Shown here piece after piece: positions 1 to 9,392 of a stretch of 34,794 nt of DNA. The DNA lies in IMG/VR virus record IMGVR_UViG_3300011339_000093, positions 1 through 34,794 of that record; one strand, written 5' to 3'. This stretch comes from a virus. Lineage: Duplodnaviria > Caudoviricetes. Position 1 is the first letter of the stretch, and each line of letters opens with the position of its first letter. The notes under the pieces are model-generated. The model saw only the letters and a program-made list of their open reading frames with translations, had not been told where the DNA came from and did not search any database. A program made the position numbers and the translations under genes.

Positions 1-502
1 ATGCACCGGCTTCAACTTTTTTATCTGCCCTTTGGCGCATATTTGATAAGGCACCAGGACTGTCCACAGTTAAGCCGACAGGCCCAGTTGATCTTGGCCC
101 ACCAATGTACTGACCTGATGGGTCTTGTTTTAAATGAGCGCCCTTTTGGGCCAGCTTCATTGCTTCGTTGTAATCTGTGACGTTGTCGAATACTGTAGCG
201 ACAGAACCTTTTTTGACATTTCTTGCAGATGCTTTAGATACATTTTGAGTCATGCCAATTGGCGCAATTGCCATTGGCCCAGCCATCATCATTTCAGTTA
301 GTTCTGACAAAGCCTTTTTGTCTGTGACTTTGGCTATATTTTTGGGATCGCCAAATGCCTTGTCATAAAGGTCTTGAAACTTTTTGTCTTTCTCTTCAAT
401 GTTCAAAAGACCTTGCTGGATTGCCCTGCCCGTACCCTGCAATTGCTGAGTGCGTCTAGGGTCTTGCATCCAGCCCAAAACATCATCAAGTAAGCCTGCC
501 AT
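1..502 (-). CDS. Hypothetical protein, 3' end beyond window; follows the ejection-protein cluster, possibly virion-packaged
   Basis: Not in ORF track. Read manually: ATG at 502 with upstream AAGGA; open to the window edge: MAGLLDDVLGWMQDPRRTQQLQGTGRAIQQGLLNIEEKDKKFQDLYDKAFGDPK... Confidence 0.75.
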   Translation of the reverse strand, partial: MAGLLDDVLGWMQDPRRTQQLQGTGRAIQQGLLNIEEKDKKFQDLYDKAFGDPKNIAKVTDKKALSELTEMMMAGPMAIAPIGMTQNVSKASARNVKKGSVATVFDNVTDYNEAMKLAQKGAHLKQDPSGQYIGGPRSTGPVGLTVDSPGALSNMRQRADKKVEAGA

Positions 503-511
503 GTTTGTTCC

Positions 512-2407
512 TTAACGATTGGCCATGCCAGTTAAATCTACGCGATACGGCTCTTGAGACGCGCCAATGGCAGCGCCAAATCCAAGCTCCTCGGCCTTTT
601 TGCGCAATGACTTGGCCAGTGGCTCGACCTTCATCACATTTGCTTTGCCCATCATCATGGCTGCCAACTTAGGGTCAAGCATAGCCTCAACCAGCAATTG
701 CTGAATCTGCTGGTCTGGCAATTTATACAGAAAGTCTAGCGGCCTTGTCATGGTGCGCAGTGTGGTGTTGTCAGCCATGGACTCGCTAAACACTCGGCCA
801 ATCAGATTGCCCATGCTCATGTTCTGGAATGTGTTGGAGCCTGGCGCCCTTACACCTGGTGCAGTTGCAGCTTGGCCACGATTGATCTCGCTGATGATGT
901 TGTCTAAACGGGTCTGAGCAGCTGGCGACAATTGAGCGCCAATCTCATCAGCCTTGGCAGCCACTTGCCTGCGTAATGCTGACGCTGCCAAGACTGGCTC
1001 TTGCGTAATGACATTTGGCTGGCCAGTTGTGACTTTGGCCTCAATGCCTTGCATGATTTTCATCTGGTCAATGGCGCTCGATGATTTTTCAAACTGGCGC
1101 ATATAGTCTTTAAAGCCTGGGGCTGCTGCCTCGATGACATCATCCACAGACCGGATCACTTCATTGAGCTGGCCCTTGGCCAAGCGCAAACTTGGCAGCT
1201 CTTGGTTATATTTTCCTTGGGCCGCACCAGCCAAGTCCTTGCGTACCTCGTACAGCTCTTCTGGCGTTTTGGCGCGCTTGATGCGGTCTGCTGCAAACTT
1301 CATTGCGCTTTCAACATCCTGACGCACACCCACTGGACTGGCCATCACATTGTCAATGGCCTTGTTGACCACCAAGTTAATGCCGCGCTGGAATGTCTCA
1401 GGATCAACAGTCACGCCAGCAAATGCCTCTTCACGCATTGGCGCTGTGATCCTAGCGCGCTTGGCTTCAGCGTAAGGAATAGAACCTGGTGTAAATTCAT
1501 CACCAGCACGGCCACCAAGTCTTCTAAATGATTCAAGCAAAGCCTGTTGATTTGCAGACAGTACGTTGCCAAATGCACCAGACTGGTCCAGTCCACGAAT
1601 TGCAGTCTCAGCCGCAGCCAGACCAGGATCACGCGCACCAGCTGCTGTCGTGACACGCACACCTGGGACAAGAGGCTGGGCCTGCTGCAAATTACGCGCT
1701 GCTTGCTCTGGGTTTGTGGCCAGTCGGTTTAAGACATTGCCAACAATAACCTCACGGCCTGTTTGCGTAAATGGCTTAACCATTGCACCAGGCGCTTCTA
1801 AGATTCTTTGTGTAGGTGAGAGCTTTGGACCACCAGGGGCGACCATGCCGGCCAGCATCGCACCGCCAACTTGGAGCGCTGGGGGCGCACCACCTTCGCG
1901 CAGCATTCCACCGGCAGTGGATGCTGTCAGTGCAGCCGCTGTCTGGGCCTTGGGACTTTGCGCAAAGAATTGGGCCAAGTCACGGGCCATGCCAGGCAGC
2001 CTTGGCGCCACTTCACCGGCAGCACGGGCAATCCCGCTTGTGCCATAGCCGGCAGTGGCCACATCTTGGATGACGCGCTCTTGGGGCGTTCTGGCCTCTG
2101 GAAACCCAATGCCTGTCAATGTCTTTTCAACCGCCTGGCTTTGTGTTGGGATATTTGTCCCAGCAGCCAAGTTAAAGAAGTTAACCATGGGATCAACGAC
2201 CATGGGCAGCAGGCCACCCGCAGTCAATGTCGCTTGAGCCATGGGGCGAACAGCCATTCCTACTTGTCGGCCCAGTGTGTCTGGTGGCATTGCTGGTGCA
2301 GCAGCTGGAGGCGGCATTGTTCTAAGCACCTCGGCAATCTCTTCTTTGGTCATGTCATCAGGAAAGCCAACACGCCCAACACCAATAACATTTACATATT
2401 GCGTCAT
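512..2407 (-). CDS. Putative DNA ejection / internal virion protein (P22 gp16-like position)
   Basis: 631 aa, Ala/Gly/Gln-rich and helical; last of three ejection-like genes downstream of the gp10-like hub. N-terminal FPDDMTKEEIAEVL motif typical of podovirus ejection proteins. Function mostly from synteny. Confidence 0.6.
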   Translation of the reverse strand: MTQYVNVIGVGRVGFPDDMTKEEIAEVLRTMPPPAAAPAMPPDTLGRQVGMAVRPMAQATLTAGGLLPMVVDPMVNFFNLAAGTNIPTQSQAVEKTLTGIGFPEARTPQERVIQDVATAGYGTSGIARAAGEVAPRLPGMARDLAQFFAQSPKAQTAAALTASTAGGMLREGGAPPALQVGGAMLAGMVAPGGPKLSPTQRILEAPGAMVKPFTQTGREVIVGNVLNRLATNPEQAARNLQQAQPLVPGVRVTTAAGARDPGLAAAETAIRGLDQSGAFGNVLSANQQALLESFRRLGGRAGDEFTPGSIPYAEAKRARITAPMREEAFAGVTVDPETFQRGINLVVNKAIDNVMASPVGVRQDVESAMKFAADRIKRAKTPEELYEVRKDLAGAAQGKYNQELPSLRLAKGQLNEVIRSVDDVIEAAAPGFKDYMRQFEKSSSAIDQMKIMQGIEAKVTTGQPNVITQEPVLAASALRRQVAAKADEIGAQLSPAAQTRLDNIISEINRGQAATAPGVRAPGSNTFQNMSMGNLIGRVFSESMADNTTLRTMTRPLDFLYKLPDQQIQQLLVEAMLDPKLAAMMMGKANVMKVEPLAKSLRKKAEELGFGAAIGASQEPYRVDLTGMANR

Positions 2408-2416
2408 AGCTTCACC

Positions 2417-3856
2417 TTACTGATTAACGTATGTTTTCTTAACTGGGTCCCATACTAGCTCACCCGTAGTTCCAGCAGTTGATGCCGCTGGCAATTTACG
2501 TTTGTAAGTTGACGAAAGGTTTCCTTCAGCGCGTGCAGCCATGTCTTCAAGCACTTTGATTTGCTCCATCATTGCAGCGCGTGAAGTAAACATTCCAGAA
2601 AACGATGCCGGGTTTGTCAGTTGCTCACTGATGATGCCCATATCTGGACCAGTCAATGCGCCAAGCTCGTACAAGTCTTTAACACCCATCAGCAGAGACT
2701 GGTATTTGCCGCGTAGTCTTGCAGTATCTGAGCCTGTTGGCAATGGAATCTTTGCACCAAATGGCAATGGCACTTCTGATGGGAAAACAACCTTGTCAGA
2801 TTCAATCTCTGTTTTGTATGCGGAGATATTGCCCTTCAAGTTGTTGAGCTTTCTACTAGCTTCTGAGAACGCAGCAGGCGCTTCTTTGCCTGGCATCAGT
2901 TGCTGGCCAGCAGCAGCCATGACTGGCATTGCAGCACCGCCTGGTGCTTTGGGAACGTAAACAAAACCTTCTGGTCCTTCTTTGATGTCGTAAGCACTAC
3001 GGGCAAATTCCTGTTGACGCAAGCCAAGACCACCTTGGGCCACGGCCAGATTTCCTCTGGCAATACCAAGGTTGGCAATCTCTGCTGGAGTCATTGTCTG
3101 GGCAAATGTTTCGCCACCTTTGAGCTTTGACTTGTCAATGGCCACAGTTTGACCGCCTTGGTTTTGCAAAACAACATCACGCTTTGGACCATAGCCTTGC
3201 ATGGTCTTAACGCTGCCGTCTTTGTATTGCTGGACCAAAATTGGGTTGCCTTTGGTGTCGGTCACTTCAATGGGCTGCCCAACTATTTCTGGTCTTGGGT
3301 TAAGTTTCTCAGACATTTCTTGGAATCGCTTGGCATCTTCGGACCTACCTTGAGACGCATAAATATCTGCAATCTGCTGATACTGGCCAGCCTTGAGTTC
3401 GTTGGCGCTTGGCGGCTGAATGCTTGCAGCCAGTTCGGCACGGGCGACTTTTGGACCAAATGGGCCAGCCTCAGAAACAGGCGCTCTTAAAGCCTGCTGC
3501 TCTGGAGTCAGTACAGTTGGTGGCTTGGTCAAAACACCAGCGACTTGAGTTTGTAAGTCTCTAGCGCGTTGGCCTTCTTTCAGCTTCTCACCCAAAAGCA
3601 TTTGCTGGAATGCGTTTGTTGTGCCTTTCTCATAAGCACCTTGGCCGGCCTCAAGGGCAGAGCCAAGCGCCTGGCCAAGACCAATACGCTGTGGGCTTCG
3701 GCCACTGGCTTTGAGCAAGGCAGCAGCTGCCGCCATGGTGGACTGAAAACCCAACTGCTCACGCTGCTTGGCTGTCAGTAGTTTTTCAAGCTCACTATCA
3801 TTACCACCACCACCAAACAAATTGCCCAGTAGTCCATCAAAATTAAATTCAGCCAT
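2417..3856 (-). CDS. Putative DNA ejection protein (P22 gp20-like position)
   Basis: 479 aa; N-terminal Gly/Ala-rich amphipathic segment (IGLGQALGSALEAGQGAY); AAGGA RBS; synteny. Confidence 0.55.
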   Translation of the reverse strand: MAEFNFDGLLGNLFGGGGNDSELEKLLTAKQREQLGFQSTMAAAAALLKASGRSPQRIGLGQALGSALEAGQGAYEKGTTNAFQQMLLGEKLKEGQRARDLQTQVAGVLTKPPTVLTPEQQALRAPVSEAGPFGPKVARAELAASIQPPSANELKAGQYQQIADIYASQGRSEDAKRFQEMSEKLNPRPEIVGQPIEVTDTKGNPILVQQYKDGSVKTMQGYGPKRDVVLQNQGGQTVAIDKSKLKGGETFAQTMTPAEIANLGIARGNLAVAQGGLGLRQQEFARSAYDIKEGPEGFVYVPKAPGGAAMPVMAAAGQQLMPGKEAPAAFSEASRKLNNLKGNISAYKTEIESDKVVFPSEVPLPFGAKIPLPTGSDTARLRGKYQSLLMGVKDLYELGALTGPDMGIISEQLTNPASFSGMFTSRAAMMEQIKVLEDMAARAEGNLSSTYKRKLPAASTAGTTGELVWDPVKKTYVNQ

Positions 3857-3865
3857 TTTGCTTCC

Positions 3866-4801
3866 TTAACTAAACGCGCCAAGAATACCGCCAGCAATAG
3901 CACCATAAGGTCCAGCTATTTTTGACCCAGCCAATGCACCACCAAGAGCGCCAGAGACTGGGTTTTGACTGTATGGAGTCTGAGTGACCATGCCCAAATT
4001 GGCCGGCTGCGCACCCAAACTTGTTTGCACCACACCAAGGCGCTGCAAACCAATGTTGCGAATCGCATCCATTTGTTGCTGGTCCAATGCTTGACGCGCA
4101 CCACCAGCACCCATGACAGCTTGAGCGCCACCAAGACGCAATGCTTGTTGTTGGGCAGCAAGACTTCCAAGAGTACCAGCTGCCCCAGTACGCAATTGCG
4201 CACCTTGCAAGCCTGCTTGCTGATTGGCAATGTCGGCTGCTGACATCCGATTGATGTCAGCCTGCTGCATGGCCATTGCCTGGTTGAATGCTTGTTCGTT
4301 CAGCTGAGTGCCAAGAGTGCCTGCCTGCTTGGCAAAGCCAAGATTGGTCAAGCTCTCGGCCACACCTTGGCGTGATCCACCAAAAGCCTTGGCAGCGTTG
4401 GCACGCTCACCCATCTGCTGGATAGCAGTCTGGCGTGAAGACTCAAGGTCAGCCAATGCGTTCTTGCGCACCATCTCTGAATAGGGATTCATGTAACTGC
4501 CAATTGAGCCTGGGCCAGTCAATCCCAAATTGGTCTGCTGCGCTGTGATGCCTTGGGGCTGATAGACACCACCATAAGCGGCCATCTGCGCGGCCAAGTC
4601 AGTGCCACTGATGCCTGGGCCAGCAAGGCCCGTGTTGACCAGAGCCTCCTCGCCTGCCTGGTACATGGGGTTGTACCCTGCAAACTGCTGGACCGGCAAT
4701 GCACCAGCAACCCCTTGGGCCTGCTGAAAGTTGGCCAAGAATGCTTCCTTGATCTGAGGATCAATGGAGCTTGTTGATGTAGTTGTTCCACCTTTTGACA
4801 T
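3866..4801 (-). CDS. Putative DNA transfer/pilot protein (P22 gp7-like)
   Basis: 311 aa, Gln/Ala/Gly-rich; MSKGGTTTSTSS start, AFGGSRQGVAE motif, hydrophobic Gly-rich C-terminus. Confidence 0.6.
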   Translation of the reverse strand: MSKGGTTTSTSSIDPQIKEAFLANFQQAQGVAGALPVQQFAGYNPMYQAGEEALVNTGLAGPGISGTDLAAQMAAYGGVYQPQGITAQQTNLGLTGPGSIGSYMNPYSEMVRKNALADLESSRQTAIQQMGERANAAKAFGGSRQGVAESLTNLGFAKQAGTLGTQLNEQAFNQAMAMQQADINRMSAADIANQQAGLQGAQLRTGAAGTLGSLAAQQQALRLGGAQAVMGAGGARQALDQQQMDAIRNIGLQRLGVVQTSLGAQPANLGMVTQTPYSQNPVSGALGGALAGSKIAGPYGAIAGGILGAFS

Positions 4802-4810
4802 ATCGCCACC

Positions 4811-6280
4811 TTATCCGAGTAAAGATTTCATTTTCTTGGCAGGCACTTTGCCTTCGTTGATCATGTCCAGAAGTCCACGGCCATACTTATTGACTGAAGA
4901 CTTCCTGATCACATATTCGCCACGATCTAAATATCCAGCACCATCATCTGGTCCAGGGGGGTTCATACCAAACAGGCCATCGACTATGCCGCCTTTGTTG
5001 TAAATACCACTGACACTTTCACCCGTTTCACCAGAGACACTGACAGATTCACCAGTGACAGCAGCAGCGGCATTCGCGGCATTAGCAGCCGCAGTTGCAG
5101 CAGCTGTGGCAGCCGCAGCATCACCAGCCGCATCACTACCACCAGCCACTTCCACTGGCTTGTTAGCAGCGGCATCAGCATCAGCTTTGGCCTTGGCCGC
5201 ATTGGCTGCAAGAATCTGGTCATAAAGACCAGGGTTATAGCCACCCATTGGAGTACCAGCGACAAAAGTCGCATAAGGATTGCCAACTGGTCGCATCTGG
5301 TCCATGACCTGAGAGTATGGGGAATTCGCTATTTCATATCTTGACTGCACACCAGCCACTGGCACACCCGTGGCACGCGCCACATCGGTTGGGCTGATGC
5401 CGTATTTGTCCATTTCTTTTCTGAGTTGGACATCACTTAAACTTCTGTTTTTGTCAACAAAGTCAAAAATGTTTTTGTCAATCTGCGCTTGAGTCATTCC
5501 ATTATTCAAGCCCCAAGTCAATGCAGCAGATTGTCCTGTCGGTGATTGTTGTTGTTGACCACCCATCACATTGGGGTTGTACTGCATCCCAATTGGAATG
5601 GATGTGTAATTTCTAAAGTTTTGCTCAAAGCCTTGAGTGGCATTGGCAAATGGCAATGTGCCAGCAATACTGGTCGCACCAGTTGGCATGGGGGTAGTAA
5701 GCAAGCCTGGAGGTTGAGTAGTCACGGGTGGTTTTGTAACTATCGGAGGTTTTGTAACGATTGGTGGCTGAGTAATTATTGGGGGCTGAGTAATTATTGG
5801 GGGCTGAACCACACCAGTCTTTGCTGCGTTATATCTGGCCAAAACACCCGCATAGTCAACACCGGTGGCACGGGCCACATCATTGGCATTAAATCCAAGA
5901 CGATCCATTTCGGCAGCCAACTGGACATCATTCAGTCCACGATTGTTGGCAACAAAGTCAAAAATGTTTTTGTCAATCTGGGCTTGGGTCATGTTGTTGT
6001 TTAACCCGTATGTCATCCCCACAGACTGCGCGACATCAGTTGGTGCGACATAAGCGCCAGTGCCAGTGGCCGCATTGAATCTTGACTGGACACCCGCCAA
6101 TGGCACACCAGTAGCATTTGCCACATCTTCTGGACTCACGCCAAGTCGTGTCATTTCAGCTTTTAACTGGACATCATTCAAGCCACGATTATTCGCAACA
6201 TAATCAAAAATGTTTTTGTAATACTGCTCTTGGGTCATCCCGTTGTTGAGCGCGTAATTAAGAGCTGCTGAAGTTGCCAT
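4811..6280 (-). CDS. Virion-associated protein with three ~68-aa HTH-like repeats, Pro/Thr linker and C-terminal GG..GEYV..IN motif
   Basis: 489 aa; internal repeats visible in translation; located between the gp14-like and gp7-like genes. Confidence 0.6.
   Translation of the reverse strand: MATSAALNYALNNGMTQEQYYKNIFDYVANNRGLNDVQLKAEMTRLGVSPEDVANATGVPLAGVQSRFNAATGTGAYVAPTDVAQSVGMTYGLNNNMTQAQIDKNIFDFVANNRGLNDVQLAAEMDRLGFNANDVARATGVDYAGVLARYNAAKTGVVQPPIITQPPIITQPPIVTKPPIVTKPPVTTQPPGLLTTPMPTGATSIAGTLPFANATQGFEQNFRNYTSIPIGMQYNPNVMGGQQQQSPTGQSAALTWGLNNGMTQAQIDKNIFDFVDKNRSLSDVQLRKEMDKYGISPTDVARATGVPVAGVQSRYEIANSPYSQVMDQMRPVGNPYATFVAGTPMGGYNPGLYDQILAANAAKAKADADAAANKPVEVAGGSDAAGDAAAATAAATAAANAANAAAAVTGESVSVSGETGESVSGIYNKGGIVDGLFGMNPPGPDDGAGYLDRGEYVIRKSSVNKYGRGLLDMINEGKVPAKKMKSLLG
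5708..5806 (-). repeat. 18-bp coding tandem repeat (QPPIIT/KPPIVT, about 5 copies)
   Basis: ggctgagtaattattggg is repeated; protein reads QPPIITQPPIITQPPIVTKPPIVTKPPVTTQPP. Confidence 0.85.
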
Positions 6281-6289
6281 ATGTATCCC

Positions 6290-6658
6290 CTAAAGTTCCT
6301 TTGCCATTACAGTCCATTGTGGACTGTAACCTTCGTCTTTCAAAAATGTCTTTGACCAGCCTCTACGGCCTGCCAAGGTCACTCTGGTGCAACCAATTGA
6401 CTTGCCCCAGGATTCGATCAATGGTCGCATCCGTGAGAGTTCATCTAGGTCGCCACCAGCCAGAAAATAGTGCAAATTCTTTAGCTGCGGGTAGACAATG
6501 ATCTCTGTCAACACCACCGAGTCCTTGGCCGGCCACAGCTGCAATCTGTGATCCTGGACCATCTCAGCGACATCGTCAAAATTATGTGTGCCTCCAGAGT
6601 ATTCTAAGGCAGCCTCCACATGGTGGCGCAGCCTGTCCAATTGTTCTTGGTCGCTCAT
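6290..6658 (-). CDS. GNAT-fold-like virion assembly protein (P22 gp14-like position)
   Basis: 122 aa; LHYFLAGG...GCTRVTLAGRRGW pattern; ATGA overlap with upstream hub gene. Confidence 0.55.
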   Translation of the reverse strand: MSDQEQLDRLRHHVEAALEYSGGTHNFDDVAEMVQDHRLQLWPAKDSVVLTEIIVYPQLKNLHYFLAGGDLDELSRMRPLIESWGKSIGCTRVTLAGRRGWSKTFLKDEGYSPQWTVMAKEL

Positions 6659-8133
6659 CGCTTTCCACTTGGGACTGCATCGAGCCTAAAGATGCCCACC
6701 CGCCAGTCAGCCAATACCGCACCAGTCACCTTCATGTTGACTTGACGCGCTGCAAAGCGCACATCAGTAGGGTTGGCTGCCGTGTATGGTCCAAATGTGG
6801 ATTGTGTTCCTGTGGGGTAATTGCGTGTTTTGAATGAAACCACCGCCTCACCCAAAGTCTGCTCGTCTGGCACAACTTGCCGCACAGACATGATGTTGTC
6901 GCCATTGCCCAATTGCACTGGACCAGACTCAGCGTAGACGCTGGCGCTGTCATAAGCAAAGCCGACCTCATGCTCATAGATGTACCCGTCTGTGGACACG
7001 GCCATGGGGTTGGTAAACACTCCGGCATCAGTGCCAGCAGTACGGGCCAATGTGCCTATGTTCCAGTGGTTTTCTCTGTAGTTGAAAGTGACATAGCTGT
7101 CATTCTCATTGCTTCCACTGCTTGGGTAGTGCCACCAGATTTCACCAAATTTACTGTTATGGACAGAGTAGACCTTGGATGCCTGGTTAAAGTTGATATT
7201 GCCAAAGACATAGTCAGACACATCGCTTGGCAGTGGCTTGACGTATCCGTCATAAATCCAAAAGCCAGATTTGCTCATCCAAATGGCAGCAGTGTCAATG
7301 GCCGCCACTGCTTGGGCTGAAATGAGACCGCAGCCGCTTCCGGCCTTCTCAAAGCCATAGACAAATGGAGCGCCAACATACTGGGCCGTATGGACATCGA
7401 CATCTGTAAACAATAGATTGATGCCCTTGACCCTCTTGCCAGCGATCAATGTGCCAGGCGTTGCCAGTTCATAGTCACCCGCTTGGTTTGTTGTTGCCGG
7501 TGTCCAGACTGTATTGTCCTCTTGGTCAGACCACTGCACCTTGCGCGGGTTGCCACCAGCACCAAGGGCAAACATGATGCGCTCGGCAGTCACCAATACC
7601 GCCTTATTGCCCGTAGGCGCGTTGGTAATCACCGCAGCCAATGTGGGTGTCGTGAAACCCAATTGCCACTCGTAGAGCTTTCCATCGGCATTGGAACAGG
7701 CAATTAAATACTCACCCCAAGTGTCCATGGACCATGTGGTGGCCGGTGTGATTGATCCCAAATCAGGTCTGGCCACACCATAACCAAATGAGCCATAGTC
7801 ACTGTATCCATAGCCGGTCTTGACAATGGCATCAGCGCTGCCAGTTGTAAAGCTGGTTGGCGTAATGTCTTTGAGTGTTCCAGCCTCATTCATGGCGTAG
7901 AGCTTGGACTGTGTGCCTGCTGCAATCCAGCGCAAAGCGCTGTTATCGCGCCAGGTGATGAAGCCTCTGCACAGACCCGTCATCTGGCCAGTCGCACGTT
8001 TTCTCCAGCCACCCATGGGGCGCAAAGTGTTCTCGTACCAGCGCACAAGGTTTGCGTCATACCATCGGCCTGCCGCTTGGTATTCTGTGCCGTTTCTGTA
8101 GATGCCTGGTGGTAATTTGAGTGGTATGTGCAT
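6655..8133 (-). CDS. Tail hub / packaged DNA stabilisation protein (P22 gp10-like)
   Basis: 492 aa, beta-rich (propeller-like); VQWSDQED and GCGLIS motifs; podoviral synteny. Confidence 0.7.
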   Translation of the reverse strand: MHIPLKLPPGIYRNGTEYQAAGRWYDANLVRWYENTLRPMGGWRKRATGQMTGLCRGFITWRDNSALRWIAAGTQSKLYAMNEAGTLKDITPTSFTTGSADAIVKTGYGYSDYGSFGYGVARPDLGSITPATTWSMDTWGEYLIACSNADGKLYEWQLGFTTPTLAAVITNAPTGNKAVLVTAERIMFALGAGGNPRKVQWSDQEDNTVWTPATTNQAGDYELATPGTLIAGKRVKGINLLFTDVDVHTAQYVGAPFVYGFEKAGSGCGLISAQAVAAIDTAAIWMSKSGFWIYDGYVKPLPSDVSDYVFGNINFNQASKVYSVHNSKFGEIWWHYPSSGSNENDSYVTFNYRENHWNIGTLARTAGTDAGVFTNPMAVSTDGYIYEHEVGFAYDSASVYAESGPVQLGNGDNIMSVRQVVPDEQTLGEAVVSFKTRNYPTGTQSTFGPYTAANPTDVRFAARQVNMKVTGAVLADWRVGIFRLDAVPSGKR

Positions 8134-8141
8134 GATGGCAA

Positions 8142-8798
8142 TTATGTTGGTTTGTTTGAGACAAAGCTCATTGTGACAATGGCTGATGGGACTGCTGGCC
8201 GTGTTGGGCTTGTTCCAGCAGCGTATTGCTCAATTTGAACACCAACATCTGTCACGCGCCACATTATCTCAACATAGTCATTGGCATTCAAGCTCACAAA
8301 GAAATTCAAGGCTGCAATGGTGTGGTATGGATCGCCAACACCTTTTCTAGGTGCAAAGCCAAATCTGCTGTTTGAGTTGTCAATGTTTGTGCCATTCTTT
8401 CTAAACCAAACATCCACATCCTGAGATGAGTTGGTGGTGTTTGTGAATTGAATGGAAAACTGCAAGTTCCAAATGCCAGATTCAGAGACAGTGATCCGAG
8501 AACCACTGGCAATCGTCACGCCATTGGAAAAGTCTGTCGTGTTGAATGTGATGGCATAGGCAGCCGTGGTGCTTGCAGCCGTCTGGTCTGTCGAGTCTTG
8601 AAAAGCCCCATAGGGGTTATTCATAAACTTACCGCCCCTTGGTCCAAACAGTGAGCCAAGGATAGTGGTCAGCTTTCTAAAGTACCCATTCAAAGAGCCA
8701 TAGTTCTCATTAAAGTGCCTGCGCTCATACCCTTCTGGGGGGAAGCCCAGACTGGGTATCGATGGGGTCTCTAATTGCTGCTTTGTGGTCATGGCCAA
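8142..8798 (-). CDS. Tail needle/knob-like protein with C1q/TNF-like jelly-roll C-terminus
   Basis: 218 aa; ITVSESGIWNLQFSIQF and VSLNANDYVEI resemble C1q-like domains. Confidence 0.5.
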   Translation of the reverse strand: MAMTTKQQLETPSIPSLGFPPEGYERRHFNENYGSLNGYFRKLTTILGSLFGPRGGKFMNNPYGAFQDSTDQTAASTTAAYAITFNTTDFSNGVTIASGSRITVSESGIWNLQFSIQFTNTTNSSQDVDVWFRKNGTNIDNSNSRFGFAPRKGVGDPYHTIAALNFFVSLNANDYVEIMWRVTDVGVQIEQYAAGTSPTRPAVPSAIVTMSFVSNKPT

Positions 8799-9392
8799 TT
8801 ATGTCAGGACAGACAGCGCATGGTTGATGTGTTTGATCCGGTCATCGAGGCCAATAAAGCCGCCATTGATCTTTTTGGTCATGGTCCGATAGTCTTGGGA
8901 ATCTGCATACTGGTTGAGCTTGTGGGTGTCCCAAAACCAGCCGGCAGTCAGCGCTGCATACTGGGGCGTGGCCACCAGCTCGGGCTGCATGATCAGGTCC
9001 ACGCCAAGCGCCTTGCCTGCATGGTGGTAGTTGGCTGATCCTGTTAGCTGGATGCACCCACGGCCTCGAAAACGATACCCATCACCACTGGCCTCATCCC
9101 TGTTGCCCATGCGTGAGCTGTAGACAGTGTTGGCAATCAGTTTGGGGTTTCTGGCACACATCTGGGCCTTGGCCGCATCAAAACGCTTGGGCCAGAGCTT
9201 TTGCAGTGCCTCTGCCCTGTAATTCAAGTTCTCTTCCAAGATTCTGAAGTTGCCGCACTCATGGCCGCACTGGCCAATAAAGGCAGCCTGACGCAGAGGC
9301 GTTGAAATATCAAAGCGCTGGAAAGTCTCGTTGAGCGCATTGACCCACTCTGGGCCAATGTGCAGCTGGGCCAGTTGTGCTTCATTGACCAT
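8799..9392 (-). CDS. Endolysin, glycoside hydrolase family 19
   Basis: AAFIGQCGHEC, FRGRGCIQLTGSANY and TKKINGG motifs. Start moved to ATG 9392 (GAGGAG upstream). Confidence 0.9.
   Translation of the reverse strand: MVNEAQLAQLHIGPEWVNALNETFQRFDISTPLRQAAFIGQCGHECGNFRILEENLNYRAEALQKLWPKRFDAAKAQMCARNPKLIANTVYSSRMGNRDEASGDGYRFRGRGCIQLTGSANYHHAGKALGVDLIMQPELVATPQYAALTAGWFWDTHKLNQYADSQDYRTMTKKINGGFIGLDDRIKHINHALSVLT

Noticed and set aside
424-431. KOPS-like GGGCAGGG on the minus strand, supporting the dif hypothesis
   Set aside because: A single 8-mer noticed inside a CDS is expected by chance; polarity cannot be assessed without a count.
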